A stretch of 64,000 nucleotides of DNA. Source: Winogradskyella sp. Lineage in GTDB: Bacteria; Bacteroidota; Bacteroidia; Flavobacteriales; Flavobacteriaceae. The DNA is taken from positions 3,758-67,757 of the forward strand of contig NZ_JABSST010000002.1 in assembly GCF_013213975.1 (NCBI RefSeq), in the 5' to 3' direction. Both the position numbers and the translations under genes were made by a program. The notes under the pieces were generated by a model that made no database searches, was not told where the DNA came from, and saw only the letters and a program-made list of their open reading frames with translations. Positions 46,737 to 56,508 of this stretch are shown here, one piece after another. Every line of letters starts with the position of its first letter. Position 1 is the first letter of the stretch.

Positions 46737-48386
46737 ATGTTATCAATTATTAGCTTTATCGGTTTTACCGCTTTAGTAGCAATTATTGCTTGGTATGCCA
46801 CTAGAAAAACAGATGAAACCTCAGCGGATGGTTTTTATTTAGCAGGCCGAAGTCTTGGTGCCTTAACCATTGCAGGATCGCTTTTACTTACAAATCTTTC
46901 AGCCGAACAAATTGTTGGTCTTAATGGATCTGCTTTTAAAGAAGGTCTAATGGTAATGGCATGGGAAACGCTGGCTGCAATAGCTATAATTTTTGGCGCA
47001 CTGTTTTTGCTACCTAAATACTTGGGGTCTGGAATAACAACTATTCCTGAATTTATTGAAACCCGTTTTGATAAAAATACCAAAGCCCTTTTATCACTGC
47101 TCTTTTTAATAGCCTATGCTATAGTGCTATTACCAACAATATTATACTCAGGGTCATTAGCATTTAGCACCATGTTTGATTTGCCTCAACTTTTAGGGGT
47201 TTCACAGAATGCCGTAATATGGATTTGTGTGTGGAGTATTGGAATTATAGGTGTCATATATGCTATTTTCGGTGGCTTGAAAGCAGTTGCAGTTTCAGAT
47301 TTAATTAATGCTATTGGTTTACTTATTGGAGGTTTATTAATCCCAATTTTTGGATTAATATTGATTGGAGACGGAAATATTGGTGAGGGTTTGAGCGTTC
47401 TTTGGGAATCTAATCCTGATAAGTTTGATATGCGAGGGGAAGTTGACTCTTCTATACCATTTGGAACACTTTTTACTGGAATGATGCTTGCCCAAATATA
47501 TTACTGGGGAACTAATCAATCTATATTACAACGTGTATTTGCGGCTAAAAGTTTAAAGGAAGGCCAAAAGGGAATGTTATTGGCTGCGTTTGTCAAATTT
47601 GTAATTCCAGTTGTTGTTGTGTTACCTGGTATTATTGCTTGGCATATTTTTGATGGGAATCTCGAAAATGCAGACCAAGCCTATCCAGCATTAGTTAAAG
47701 AAGTACTACCTACAGCATTCATTGGATTCTTTGCCGCAGTACTATTTGGTGCTGTATTAAGCTCATTTAATAGTCTTCTAAACAGTAGTGCTACTTTATT
47801 TGGGTTTGATCTTTACAAACAATATTTCAATAAAGAAGCCACGGAGAAAGAAACAGTAAAGGCAGGTAAACGTTTTGGGCTAATTGTGGCTGCTATTTCT
47901 ATGCTTATTGCACCATTTATTGCTAATGCTCCTGATGGTTTGTTTAGTTACATACAACAATCCTTAGGAAGTCTTTCTGTTCCAATTCTAGCGGTTGTTC
48001 TTATAGGTGTATACACTAAAAAGGTACCCGCTATTGGCGCAAAATTTGTGTTAACTGTTGGTGTACTGCTTTACTTAGTTAGTTTAATTGGGCTAGAACC
48101 GCATTTTAGAGGAGTTGCTGAAGCTCAAGCCATTGCTGATGGTGTAACTAATATAAAGGAATTGAGTGTTATCAAAGCTAATGCTTACCCACATTATCTG
48201 CACGTTATGGGTATTCTTTTTGTGTTTAATATTATCGTTATGCTGGTTGCTGGTAAACTGAGACCTAAGGTAGATGAATATATTCCTAAGGAAACAGATA
48301 TTATAGATACCACACCTTGGAAACATGCCATTACAATAAGTATAATCATAGCTGTTTTAGTTCTGGCAACATACTTTGTTTTTTAA
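46737..48386 (+). CDS. Sodium:solute symporter (SSS, YidK-like sugar transporter)
   Basis: GFYLAGRSL, SLLLTNLSAEQIVG, YYWGTNQSILQRVFAAKS, about 14 TM helices. Confidence 0.9.
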   Translation: MLSIISFIGFTALVAIIAWYATRKTDETSADGFYLAGRSLGALTIAGSLLLTNLSAEQIVGLNGSAFKEGLMVMAWETLAAIAIIFGALFLLPKYLGSGITTIPEFIETRFDKNTKALLSLLFLIAYAIVLLPTILYSGSLAFSTMFDLPQLLGVSQNAVIWICVWSIGIIGVIYAIFGGLKAVAVSDLINAIGLLIGGLLIPIFGLILIGDGNIGEGLSVLWESNPDKFDMRGEVDSSIPFGTLFTGMMLAQIYYWGTNQSILQRVFAAKSLKEGQKGMLLAAFVKFVIPVVVVLPGIIAWHIFDGNLENADQAYPALVKEVLPTAFIGFFAAVLFGAVLSSFNSLLNSSATLFGFDLYKQYFNKEATEKETVKAGKRFGLIVAAISMLIAPFIANAPDGLFSYIQQSLGSLSVPILAVVLIGVYTKKVPAIGAKFVLTVGVLLYLVSLIGLEPHFRGVAEAQAIADGVTNIKELSVIKANAYPHYLHVMGILFVFNIIVMLVAGKLRPKVDEYIPKETDIIDTTPWKHAITISIIIAVLVLATYFVF

Positions 48387-48409
48387 TCTGAATTGATAGT
48401 TTTTAATCT

Positions 48410-50074
48410 ATGAAGCGCTCTTGGTGGAAAGAAGGTATTGTTTATCAAATATATCCACGATCTTATAAGGATACCACAGGAAATGGTATTGGTGATATTT
48501 ACGGTATCGTCGAAAAATTAGATTACATTAAATCTCTTGGTGTAGATATTATTTGGCTTTGTCCTGTTTACGAATCTCCCAATGATGATAATGGGTATGA
48601 CATTTCAGATTATAGAGCTATTTCTGAGGATTTTGGCGGATCGGAAGCCTTTGATACATTATTAAAAGGCATGCATGACAGAGGACTAAAACTGGTTATG
48701 GACCTAGTGCTTAACCACAGTTCGGACGAACATTTATGGTTTAAAGAATCTAGAAAATCTAAAGATAATCCATACCGCGACTATTACTTCTGGAAAGCAT
48801 CAGAAGATGATAATCCACCAAATAACTGGGTGTCTTTTTTTTCTGGATCAGCATGGAAAAAGGATGAATTAACCAACGAATACTTCTTACACCTGTTCAC
48901 CAAAAAGCAACCAGATCTTAATTGGGAAAACCCTAAGGTTCGCCGAGAAATCCATGACATTGTTGAATTTTGGTGCAAGAAAGGAGTTGATGGCTTTAGA
49001 ATGGATGTCATTTCTTTAATCTCAAAGCAATTAGATTTCCCAGACAGTCCTTTTCCTGACGATTATGGCAAAACCATTAAAAATTATTATGCCAACGGTC
49101 CTCGTATTCATGAATATCTTAATGAGCTAAATAAAAAGGTCCTCTCTAAGTATAATATTATGACTGTTGGTGAAGGCCCTGGAATTGATCTTAGCAATGG
49201 TTTAGATTATGTTGACGAAAGCAGAGAAGAACTTAATATGATTTTCCATTTCGATCATATGTTTATAGACAACGGTCCTGGTGGGAAGTATGATCCTGTA
49301 GAGGTTGCATTGCCAAAGTTTAAACAGGTTTTTACAGATTGGGATGAAAAACTAAAAGGCAGAGGCTGGGGAAGTATTTTTTTAGGTAATCACGATTTTT
49401 CGCGAATGGTTTCGCGATTTGGAAATGATAAAGATTATCATCAGGAATCTGCAAAACTGCTTGCCATGCTCTTATTGACCATGAGAGGTACAACATACAT
49501 TTATCAAGGTGATGAAATTGGTATGACTAATGTTGCATATCCTTCAATTGAAGATTATAACGATGTTGAAACACTTGGCAGTTGGAATGAAGCCAAAGCT
49601 CGAGGAGAAAATATGACTGCCTATTTAAAATTAGTACATAGACAAAGTAGAGATAATGCTAGAACTCCTGTGCAATGGGATAATTCCAAAAATGCTGGAT
49701 TTTCATCGGGTAATCCTTGGCTCAAAGTAAATCCTAACCATACATTGATTAATGTTGAAGCGCAATCCCATGATCCTAATTCCATCTTAAGTTTTTATAA
49801 GAACATGATTCGCTTTAGAAAAGCAAACCCAGTTATGGTCTATGGAGATTATGAATGTCTGTATCCAGAAGACAATAGTCTATTTATTTACAAACGCTGG
49901 GATGATCAAAGTAGTTACATTATTCTTTTAAATTTCAGTAATGAGACACAGCTATTAAAAAACAATCCTCTAAATCTAAACCAAAGTGAATTATTGATTT
50001 CAAATTTAGAGGACGGGAAATGTAATTCAAAGTTGTTGCCATGGGAGGCACAACTAAGGCGCTATTTAATCTAG
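48410..50074 (+). CDS. GH13 oligo-1,6-glucosidase/alpha-glucosidase (GH13_31-like), cytoplasmic
   Basis: WWKEGIVYQIYPRS, DNGYDISDY, DLVLNH, QPDLNW, GFRMDVI, GNHD, RDNARTP; no signal peptide. Confidence 0.9.
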   Translation: MKRSWWKEGIVYQIYPRSYKDTTGNGIGDIYGIVEKLDYIKSLGVDIIWLCPVYESPNDDNGYDISDYRAISEDFGGSEAFDTLLKGMHDRGLKLVMDLVLNHSSDEHLWFKESRKSKDNPYRDYYFWKASEDDNPPNNWVSFFSGSAWKKDELTNEYFLHLFTKKQPDLNWENPKVRREIHDIVEFWCKKGVDGFRMDVISLISKQLDFPDSPFPDDYGKTIKNYYANGPRIHEYLNELNKKVLSKYNIMTVGEGPGIDLSNGLDYVDESREELNMIFHFDHMFIDNGPGGKYDPVEVALPKFKQVFTDWDEKLKGRGWGSIFLGNHDFSRMVSRFGNDKDYHQESAKLLAMLLLTMRGTTYIYQGDEIGMTNVAYPSIEDYNDVETLGSWNEAKARGENMTAYLKLVHRQSRDNARTPVQWDNSKNAGFSSGNPWLKVNPNHTLINVEAQSHDPNSILSFYKNMIRFRKANPVMVYGDYECLYPEDNSLFIYKRWDDQSSYIILLNFSNETQLLKNNPLNLNQSELLISNLEDGKCNSKLLPWEAQLRRYLI

Positions 50075-50815
50075 TTCTTTTACTTTAATATTTCTATACC
50101 AAACTTTGTCTCCATGATCTTGTAAGGCAATATGACCCGTCCGATATTTACCAAATCCTTCCCATGCTGTAAACTTTGAATTGGCTATCATTTCATCCCA
50201 TTCTTCACCATGTAGTGGAAAAGTCATCACTTGTGTACCATTCATTGATACTTTAGCTTCATTGGCATCTTGATTAATTTCTATAACACAAAGATTCCAT
50301 TCACCAGCAGGATTAATATGTTCTGGCGGACATCCTATCATGTCATATAATGATCCCGCTTTATGAGTACCTTCAGCTACAAATGAGTCTGGGTGTTTTT
50401 CATTATCGAGAACTTGTATTTCAGGACCTGTCATATAAGCTTCAGGATAGCTATCGTCTTCATGAACTCCCCAAAAAATACCACTATTCCCACCTTCTGA
50501 AACCTTCCACTCTAAGGATAGAATGAAGTTGGTAAACTGATCTTTCGAGATAATATCTTTATTACCCTCACCTCCAGGTGTAAAAGCTAAGTTACCATCC
50601 TCAATCGACCATTGCGGATAAATACTATCCTGCCTATACCCTCTAAATGCATCAGTCGAGGTACCATCAAAAAGTACTTTCCATTGCGTTTCATTCACTT
50701 CAGGAGATTCTTGTTCTGTTTTATTCTCTTCTTTCATCTCTGTCTCTTTTTCACTTTTACAATTCATAAGTACTAATGCAAATGATAACAGGAGCATATT
50801 TGTTTTAATTTTCAT
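50066..50815 (-). CDS. DUF1080 family lipoprotein (3-keto-glycoside pathway hydratase/hydrolase-like)
   Basis: Lipobox LMNC; LFDG, GGNSGIF, PEIQVLD, GSLYD, GEWN, GHIALQDHG...YRNIKV. Confidence 0.85.
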   Translation of the reverse strand: MKIKTNMLLLSFALVLMNCKSEKETEMKEENKTEQESPEVNETQWKVLFDGTSTDAFRGYRQDSIYPQWSIEDGNLAFTPGGEGNKDIISKDQFTNFILSLEWKVSEGGNSGIFWGVHEDDSYPEAYMTGPEIQVLDNEKHPDSFVAEGTHKAGSLYDMIGCPPEHINPAGEWNLCVIEINQDANEAKVSMNGTQVMTFPLHGEEWDEMIANSKFTAWEGFGKYRTGHIALQDHGDKVWYRNIKVKELD

Positions 50816-50820
50816 AGTCT

Positions 50821-51879
50821 TTAATTTAATCCTAATATTTTTCTTAAATGGGCCTGATCAACTTCCCTTCCAGCAAAATCATCAAAACGTTTTTCAGTGG
50901 CCTCAATGATATGATCTGAAATAAACTTTGCACCTTCTCGAGCACCTTGTTCTGGACTCTTAATACAACATTCCCACTCCATAACTGCCCAAACATCGCA
51001 ACCATATTCTGTCAACTTTGTAAAAATGGTTTTAAAGTCAACCTGACCGTCACCAGGAGAGCGATAACGTCCTGCGCGATCTTTCCAGTCACCATAGCCA
51101 CCAAAGGCACCTTTCTTACCAGTCGGATTGAATTCAGAATCCTTGACATGAAAGGCTTTAATAAATTCATGGTAATGGTCTATATATTCTATATAGTCTA
51201 ATTGTTGTAATACAAAATGTGATGGGTCATAAAGTATATTTACACGCTTGTGGTTGTTTGTAGCCTCTAAAAATCGCTCAAAAGTTACACCATCGTGAAT
51301 GTCTTCGCCTGGATGCACTTCGTAACAGACATCTACGCCTTCTTCATCGAAATGATTAAGAATTGGTGTCCAACGTTTAGCAAGTTCTTCGAAACCCATC
51401 TCAACCAATCCATCTGGACGTTGAGGCCAAGGATGCATCGTATGCCAAAGTAATGACCCCGAAAATGTTGCATGCGCCTTTAGCCCTAACCTTCGACTCG
51501 CTGTTGCGGCATATTTAACCTGCTGAATTGCCCATTCTGTTCTTGCTTTTGGATTACCCTTGCAATTGTCTGGTGCAAAATTGTCGAACATTACATCATA
51601 GGCTGGATGCACTGCCACCAATTGCCCTTGAAGGTGGGTTGATAACTCAGTTATTTCTAAACCATAATCATTTATCTTTCCTTTAAACTCATCACAATAG
51701 GTTTGACTCTCAGCTGCCTTTTCTAAATCAATTAGACTAATATCAGTTGGTATTTGTATGCCTTTATATCCTAAATCACTCGCCCATTGACATAGACCAT
51801 CTAGAGAATTAAATGGTGCCTTATCATCCATAAATTGTGCTAAAAATATAGCAGGTCCTTTTATCGTCTTCATAGTCAT
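50821..51879 (-). CDS. Xylose-isomerase-like TIM-barrel sugar phosphate isomerase/epimerase family protein, cytoplasmic
   Basis: YEVHPGED, YDPSH, FHVKD, VMEWE metal ligands; no signal peptide. Confidence 0.85.
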   Translation of the reverse strand: MTMKTIKGPAIFLAQFMDDKAPFNSLDGLCQWASDLGYKGIQIPTDISLIDLEKAAESQTYCDEFKGKINDYGLEITELSTHLQGQLVAVHPAYDVMFDNFAPDNCKGNPKARTEWAIQQVKYAATASRRLGLKAHATFSGSLLWHTMHPWPQRPDGLVEMGFEELAKRWTPILNHFDEEGVDVCYEVHPGEDIHDGVTFERFLEATNNHKRVNILYDPSHFVLQQLDYIEYIDHYHEFIKAFHVKDSEFNPTGKKGAFGGYGDWKDRAGRYRSPGDGQVDFKTIFTKLTEYGCDVWAVMEWECCIKSPEQGAREGAKFISDHIIEATEKRFDDFAGREVDQAHLRKILGLN

Positions 51880-53022
51880 TTATTGTTTATCAATTTCAAC
51901 CCAAACATTTCCTTTTTTATGAGATTCCACCGCCTTTTCAATAAAATCCATACCTCTAAGACCATCAATAACCGTTGGGAATTCTCCATGATCGTAGTTT
52001 TCATTTCTTATGGCTCTTGCAACACCTTTATAAATATTACCCATTGAATCAAAGATTCCTTCAGGATGACCTGGTGGTAATTTAGTCCCTTCTAGAGATA
52101 AGTCACTATTATAACCATGACCTGGTTTTAGTACTCTCAATGGATGACCATCTTCTAATAAATAAAGGTAATTAGGGTTTTCCTGTTCCCACTTTAATCC
52201 AGCTTTATCACCATAAATTTGAACTGTGAAATTATTTTCTTCACCTGTTGCAATTTGACTTGCTCTTATCACTCCTTTAACATCATTATCACAATGAATT
52301 AAAACTGTTCCGTCAATATCCATCTGATTATCTTCATAGAGATAATTTAAATCTGCTAAAATTGAGTTTACTCTTAGTCCAGACATATATTCTACCATGT
52401 CAAAGGCATGCGTGCCAATATCACCAATGCAACAACTGATACCAGATTTTTCAGGGTCTAATCTCCATGTATTTTTACGTTTGTCTTTATCATGAATGAT
52501 CGGATTTATCCATCCTTGATAATATTGTGCATCAATCTTCTGTACGTTGCCTATATCACCATTGGCAATCATATGGCGCATTTGCCTTACCATAGGATAA
52601 CCGGTGTACGTATAGGTAACAGCAAATACCGTATTTGTTTTTTTAAGAATTTCGTGAAGAATTTTCGCCTCTTCGTAGGTGGTTGTCATAGGCTTTTCAC
52701 AGATGACATTAAACCCATTTTCTAATAGCTTTTTGGCCATTGGAAAATGAAGAAAATTAGGTGTTAAGATAGATACTACTTCCATACGCTTATCCTCAGG
52801 AAGCGCTAATTCTCTTTCTATTAGAGTGTCTAAATCCTTATAAACTTGATCCGTCGGAATTCCGATCTGGTTTGCAAATTTTATACTTTCCTCTATAGAA
52901 GGATTAAAAGATCCTCCTACGAGTTGAAATCTATCAAACATTGAGGAGGCTACACGATGTAATACTCCAATTAGGGAGTCTCCTCCACCCCCTAAAATCC
53001 CAAGTCTTATTTTACTACTCAT
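51880..53022 (-). CDS. Gfo/Idh/MocA NAD-dependent oxidoreductase
   Basis: LGILGGG, ILTPNFLH, CEKP, GDIGTH. Confidence 0.9.
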   Translation of the reverse strand: MSSKIRLGILGGGGDSLIGVLHRVASSMFDRFQLVGGSFNPSIEESIKFANQIGIPTDQVYKDLDTLIERELALPEDKRMEVVSILTPNFLHFPMAKKLLENGFNVICEKPMTTTYEEAKILHEILKKTNTVFAVTYTYTGYPMVRQMRHMIANGDIGNVQKIDAQYYQGWINPIIHDKDKRKNTWRLDPEKSGISCCIGDIGTHAFDMVEYMSGLRVNSILADLNYLYEDNQMDIDGTVLIHCDNDVKGVIRASQIATGEENNFTVQIYGDKAGLKWEQENPNYLYLLEDGHPLRVLKPGHGYNSDLSLEGTKLPPGHPEGIFDSMGNIYKGVARAIRNENYDHGEFPTVIDGLRGMDFIEKAVESHKKGNVWVEIDKQ

Positions 53023-53027
53023 AAAAA

Positions 53028-54257
53028 TTATGAATCTTTATATTCTACTTTTTCGTTTTTAAATAAAAATGCAAATAGTGCTAAAACTACCACCGCAAAA
53101 ATTGCTGGGAAAATCCAAATATCCTTCCAGCTATGTACTCCTTCACTTATTAAGTTTTTATCTACTATTTGACCTGCAATCCAAAACCCTATTAACATTC
53201 CTAATCCATAAGTAGCTAATGTTATTAGCCCTTGAGCTGCACTTTTTACTTTTTCACCTGCCTTCGAATCTGTATAAATTTGTCCTGACACAAAAAAGAA
53301 ATCATAGCAGATACCATGTAATGCAATACCAACAATTAACATAAAGGCACCTTCATCTGCATTACCAAAAGCAAATAGCGAATAACGCAGTGCCCAGGCA
53401 ATCATACCAACCATTAACGTTTTTTTGAATCCAAATTTTGTAAAAAACCAAGGTAATAACAACATAAATAGCACCTCAGAAACCTGTCCAATAGTCATTT
53501 TTCCTGTGGCATTTTCTACATTTATTTCTGTTAAAAACTGATTAGCATGTTGATAATAAAAAGCCAATGGAATACATATTAAGATAGAGGACACAAAGAA
53601 CATCAGGAAATTTCTGTTTTTTAGAAGTTTAAGTGCATCTAATCCTAAAATATCACTTACCGTGACCTTATCACCCTTACCCTTTGGAGGAGTTTTCGGC
53701 AATGAAAAACTAAATATCCCTAAAACAGCCGAGGCTACAGCTGTCATTAAGAAGGTATTCCTCAGCATTCCGTCAGCAATACCAGCCTCAGAATCCCAAG
53801 CAAAAACATAGGATATGCCTAATCCTGCAACTATCCAGCCTATAGTACCCCAAACTCTAATTAATGAAAATTGCTTAGTTGGATCAGTCATTTGATTAAA
53901 GGCAACCGAATTTACCAATGCCAAGGTTGGCATGTACGCGATCATATACCCTAAAACGTATGGAAAAAACACTGAAAAATCTGTCGCTACGCTTAATTGA
54001 TACATTAAAAAAGCACCTATCAAATGAAGCACACCGAGTATTCGTTCTGCATTAAAGAAGCGATCTGCAATTAAACCTATTATAAAAGGTGCAATTATAG
54101 CACCCCAGGATTGTGTTCCATAAGCTAAGGCCAAGTCGCCCCCTGAGGCATTAAGTGTATTTCCTAAATAGGTTCCCATTGTTACAAACCAGCCTCCCCA
54201 AATAAAAAATTCAAGGAACATCATAAATGATAACTGAAATTTTACATATGATTTCAT
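53028..54257 (-). CDS. MFS transporter (NupG/XapB nucleoside:H+ symporter-like)
   Basis: MMFLEFFIWGGW, GLIADRFF, RVWGTIGW, GQVSEV, LHGICYDFFF. Confidence 0.9.
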   Translation of the reverse strand: MKSYVKFQLSFMMFLEFFIWGGWFVTMGTYLGNTLNASGGDLALAYGTQSWGAIIAPFIIGLIADRFFNAERILGVLHLIGAFLMYQLSVATDFSVFFPYVLGYMIAYMPTLALVNSVAFNQMTDPTKQFSLIRVWGTIGWIVAGLGISYVFAWDSEAGIADGMLRNTFLMTAVASAVLGIFSFSLPKTPPKGKGDKVTVSDILGLDALKLLKNRNFLMFFVSSILICIPLAFYYQHANQFLTEINVENATGKMTIGQVSEVLFMLLLPWFFTKFGFKKTLMVGMIAWALRYSLFAFGNADEGAFMLIVGIALHGICYDFFFVSGQIYTDSKAGEKVKSAAQGLITLATYGLGMLIGFWIAGQIVDKNLISEGVHSWKDIWIFPAIFAVVVLALFAFLFKNEKVEYKDS

Positions 54258-54270
54258 GCTTTCTACATTT

Positions 54271-55233
54271 TTATTTTAATTCTTTTGCTGATTTTAAAAG
54301 CAGCTCTTTAGTAGCTAAAATACCTGCTTTCTCTGGCAAGCTCCCTTCAAACTCAACACCGATATGACCAGTATATCCAGCATCTTTTACAATTTGCAAT
54401 ATTCTTTGATAATCGAGGGTAGTTTCATTGCCATTTTCATCAAAAGCGTAAGACTTTGCACTAACTGCCTTTGCCATTGGCATTAACAATTCAATCCCTT
54501 TATATTTATCTGAATACTCTTCTTCACATTCACCCCACTTCTCACCATCTTTTCGCTTAACACACCAATTTCCAAAATCTGGAAGCGTTCCACAATTAGC
54601 CATATTCACAACCTTTAAGGCTGCAACTAATTTGTCTGCATCAGATGATAACCATCCGTGGTTTTCGCACAATACATTAATATTTTTTGTTGCTGCGTAT
54701 GCCGATAATTTTTTTAAACCGTCCACGACAGCATCATGCCATATTTCTGGATCATTGGTGCCAAATGTGTTCACTCGGATTGAATGGCAGCCTAAAGCTG
54801 CAGCTGCGTCTATCCATTTTTTGTGTAGCTCAACTGCTTCATCACGTTTTGCTTCGTCTGGATCGGCTAGATCACCTTCATTATCAACCATTATTAAAAT
54901 ATTCTTTTGGTTGTATTTTTTACTTTCTTCTGCCAATTTTGCTACTAAAGAATCTACTCCATGCTCATCATAAAACGGCTTGTATAATTGGCTTACATAT
55001 TCTAAACCATCAAAACCAAGTGAATCTGAAATTTTCGCAAAATCAAATGGATCCATTCCTTGAAATCTAACATTTTTATTCAATGACCATTGGGCTAAGG
55101 ATAACTTAAAAAATGGTTGTTTGTTCATTTCGGTGGACACTTCTTTTTGGGTTACTTCTTCTTTTTTATCGTCTTTACAGCTTTGAGCAACAAGCAATAA
55201 AATAATAATTGGAATACTTAATAATCGTTTCAT
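54271..55233 (-). CDS. Xylose-isomerase-like TIM-barrel protein with a lipoprotein signal (candidate 3-keto-glycoside eliminase)
   Basis: Lipobox AQSC; LSLAQWS, ENHG, PDFGN, VSAK, GVEFEG. Confidence 0.8.
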   Translation of the reverse strand: MKRLLSIPIIILLLVAQSCKDDKKEEVTQKEVSTEMNKQPFFKLSLAQWSLNKNVRFQGMDPFDFAKISDSLGFDGLEYVSQLYKPFYDEHGVDSLVAKLAEESKKYNQKNILIMVDNEGDLADPDEAKRDEAVELHKKWIDAAAALGCHSIRVNTFGTNDPEIWHDAVVDGLKKLSAYAATKNINVLCENHGWLSSDADKLVAALKVVNMANCGTLPDFGNWCVKRKDGEKWGECEEEYSDKYKGIELLMPMAKAVSAKSYAFDENGNETTLDYQRILQIVKDAGYTGHIGVEFEGSLPEKAGILATKELLLKSAKELK

Positions 55234-55323
55234 GAAATTAATATAGTTAGTTATTGAAATGTAATGTAAATAATAATACGGCTACTATTGTTTACTTTTA
55301 TTCAGTGAAAGAATTTAAACAAA

Positions 55324-56367
55324 TTAAATTTCTGGATATGCCGTTAAAGACTTCTCAATAGTATTCAATTTTCTGTATTCATTTGGAGAGCATTTTTCAT
55401 GCTTTTTAAAAACCGTCGAAAAATACTGACTCGTGGTAAAACCACACGAATATGCAACATCACTAACGGTTAAATTTTCATGCTCTAATAGTATCTTTTT
55501 AGACATTTCTAAACGACGCATAGTAAGGTATCGCATTGGTGTTAAATTTGTCAATTGTTTACAATGATGCGTAAATCTTGTTAATCCAACACCAGCACTT
55601 TTAGACATGCGCTCAATAGTCCAATCTTCAGATAGATTTTTATCCAGTTCTTTCAAAAAATATTGCACACTTCTAGAACTGTCAATTAAGGACTCGTTGA
55701 GTTCGATATTTTGTGTCTTAAGAAGGTCTAAAATCAATATCAACACGTAGTTAACTAACAACCTTATCCTAGAGGCATTGCTCCCTTTGTCGTCTGAATT
55801 TACAGCGACTTGAATTCGTTTAAAACAATCCCGCATCCGTTGATCAGTCTTTAAAATCGACTGTTCGTTTTGTCTTAAAAATGTGGTCAATTGTCCTAAA
55901 TCATCCTTTGTGAGGGTTATCCACGATGGCCAAACCCAATCTTGATGAGGACGCCTAACTCCTAAGTCTAATATTACCCAATAAAACTTACCCATTCCTA
56001 TATTTGGATTACCAACTTTGTGTGCCTCCCAAGGTCTTGTTATTGTTAGATGATTTGGAGTTAAAACAACCTCCTTATTTTCTTGAGAGTAAGGCATAGT
56101 TCCAGACTCTAAAAAATGAAATTCAATACCTTCATTTCGATGCCAATCTAAACCCCAATCTTGTGGTTCATTTGCATCCCAATATCCGATACTATTTAAT
56201 CCTAAAGTATTGTCATCTAAACGATCCCCTGGATAGGTATGCCTAGCTAATGCTTTAAACTTAATTTTCTTTCTATGATAAGCATCAATTAAAGGCAAGC
56301 ATGTATCGGCATGATAAACCACACCATCTGCTTCATATGGCTCAATTTCTTGTATATTTACTTTCAC
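55324..56367 (-). CDS. AraC-family transcriptional regulator
   Basis: Cupin N-domain (WHRNEGIE) and C-terminal double HTH (VAYSCGFTTSQYFSTVFKK). Confidence 0.9.
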   Translation of the reverse strand: MKVNIQEIEPYEADGVVYHADTCLPLIDAYHRKKIKFKALARHTYPGDRLDDNTLGLNSIGYWDANEPQDWGLDWHRNEGIEFHFLESGTMPYSQENKEVVLTPNHLTITRPWEAHKVGNPNIGMGKFYWVILDLGVRRPHQDWVWPSWITLTKDDLGQLTTFLRQNEQSILKTDQRMRDCFKRIQVAVNSDDKGSNASRIRLLVNYVLILILDLLKTQNIELNESLIDSSRSVQYFLKELDKNLSEDWTIERMSKSAGVGLTRFTHHCKQLTNLTPMRYLTMRRLEMSKKILLEHENLTVSDVAYSCGFTTSQYFSTVFKKHEKCSPNEYRKLNTIEKSLTAYPEI

Positions 56368-56508
56368 TGAAAAAATTTAAACATTTATAATGAGCAAAAT
56401 AGGTAATTTTCTTTTTTTAAAGAATTTATTTGATAATTAATAAACTTTTCTCAACTTTATTAAGAATTAATTATCAATTTTATCACAATACTGATTAACT
56501 AAGTTATT

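Noticed and set aside
50884-50893. AAAACGTTTT cores inside coding regions (also ~59427 and ~60329)
   Set aside because: They lack the flanking CG...CG of both operators and are intragenic; expected by chance in AT-rich DNA.
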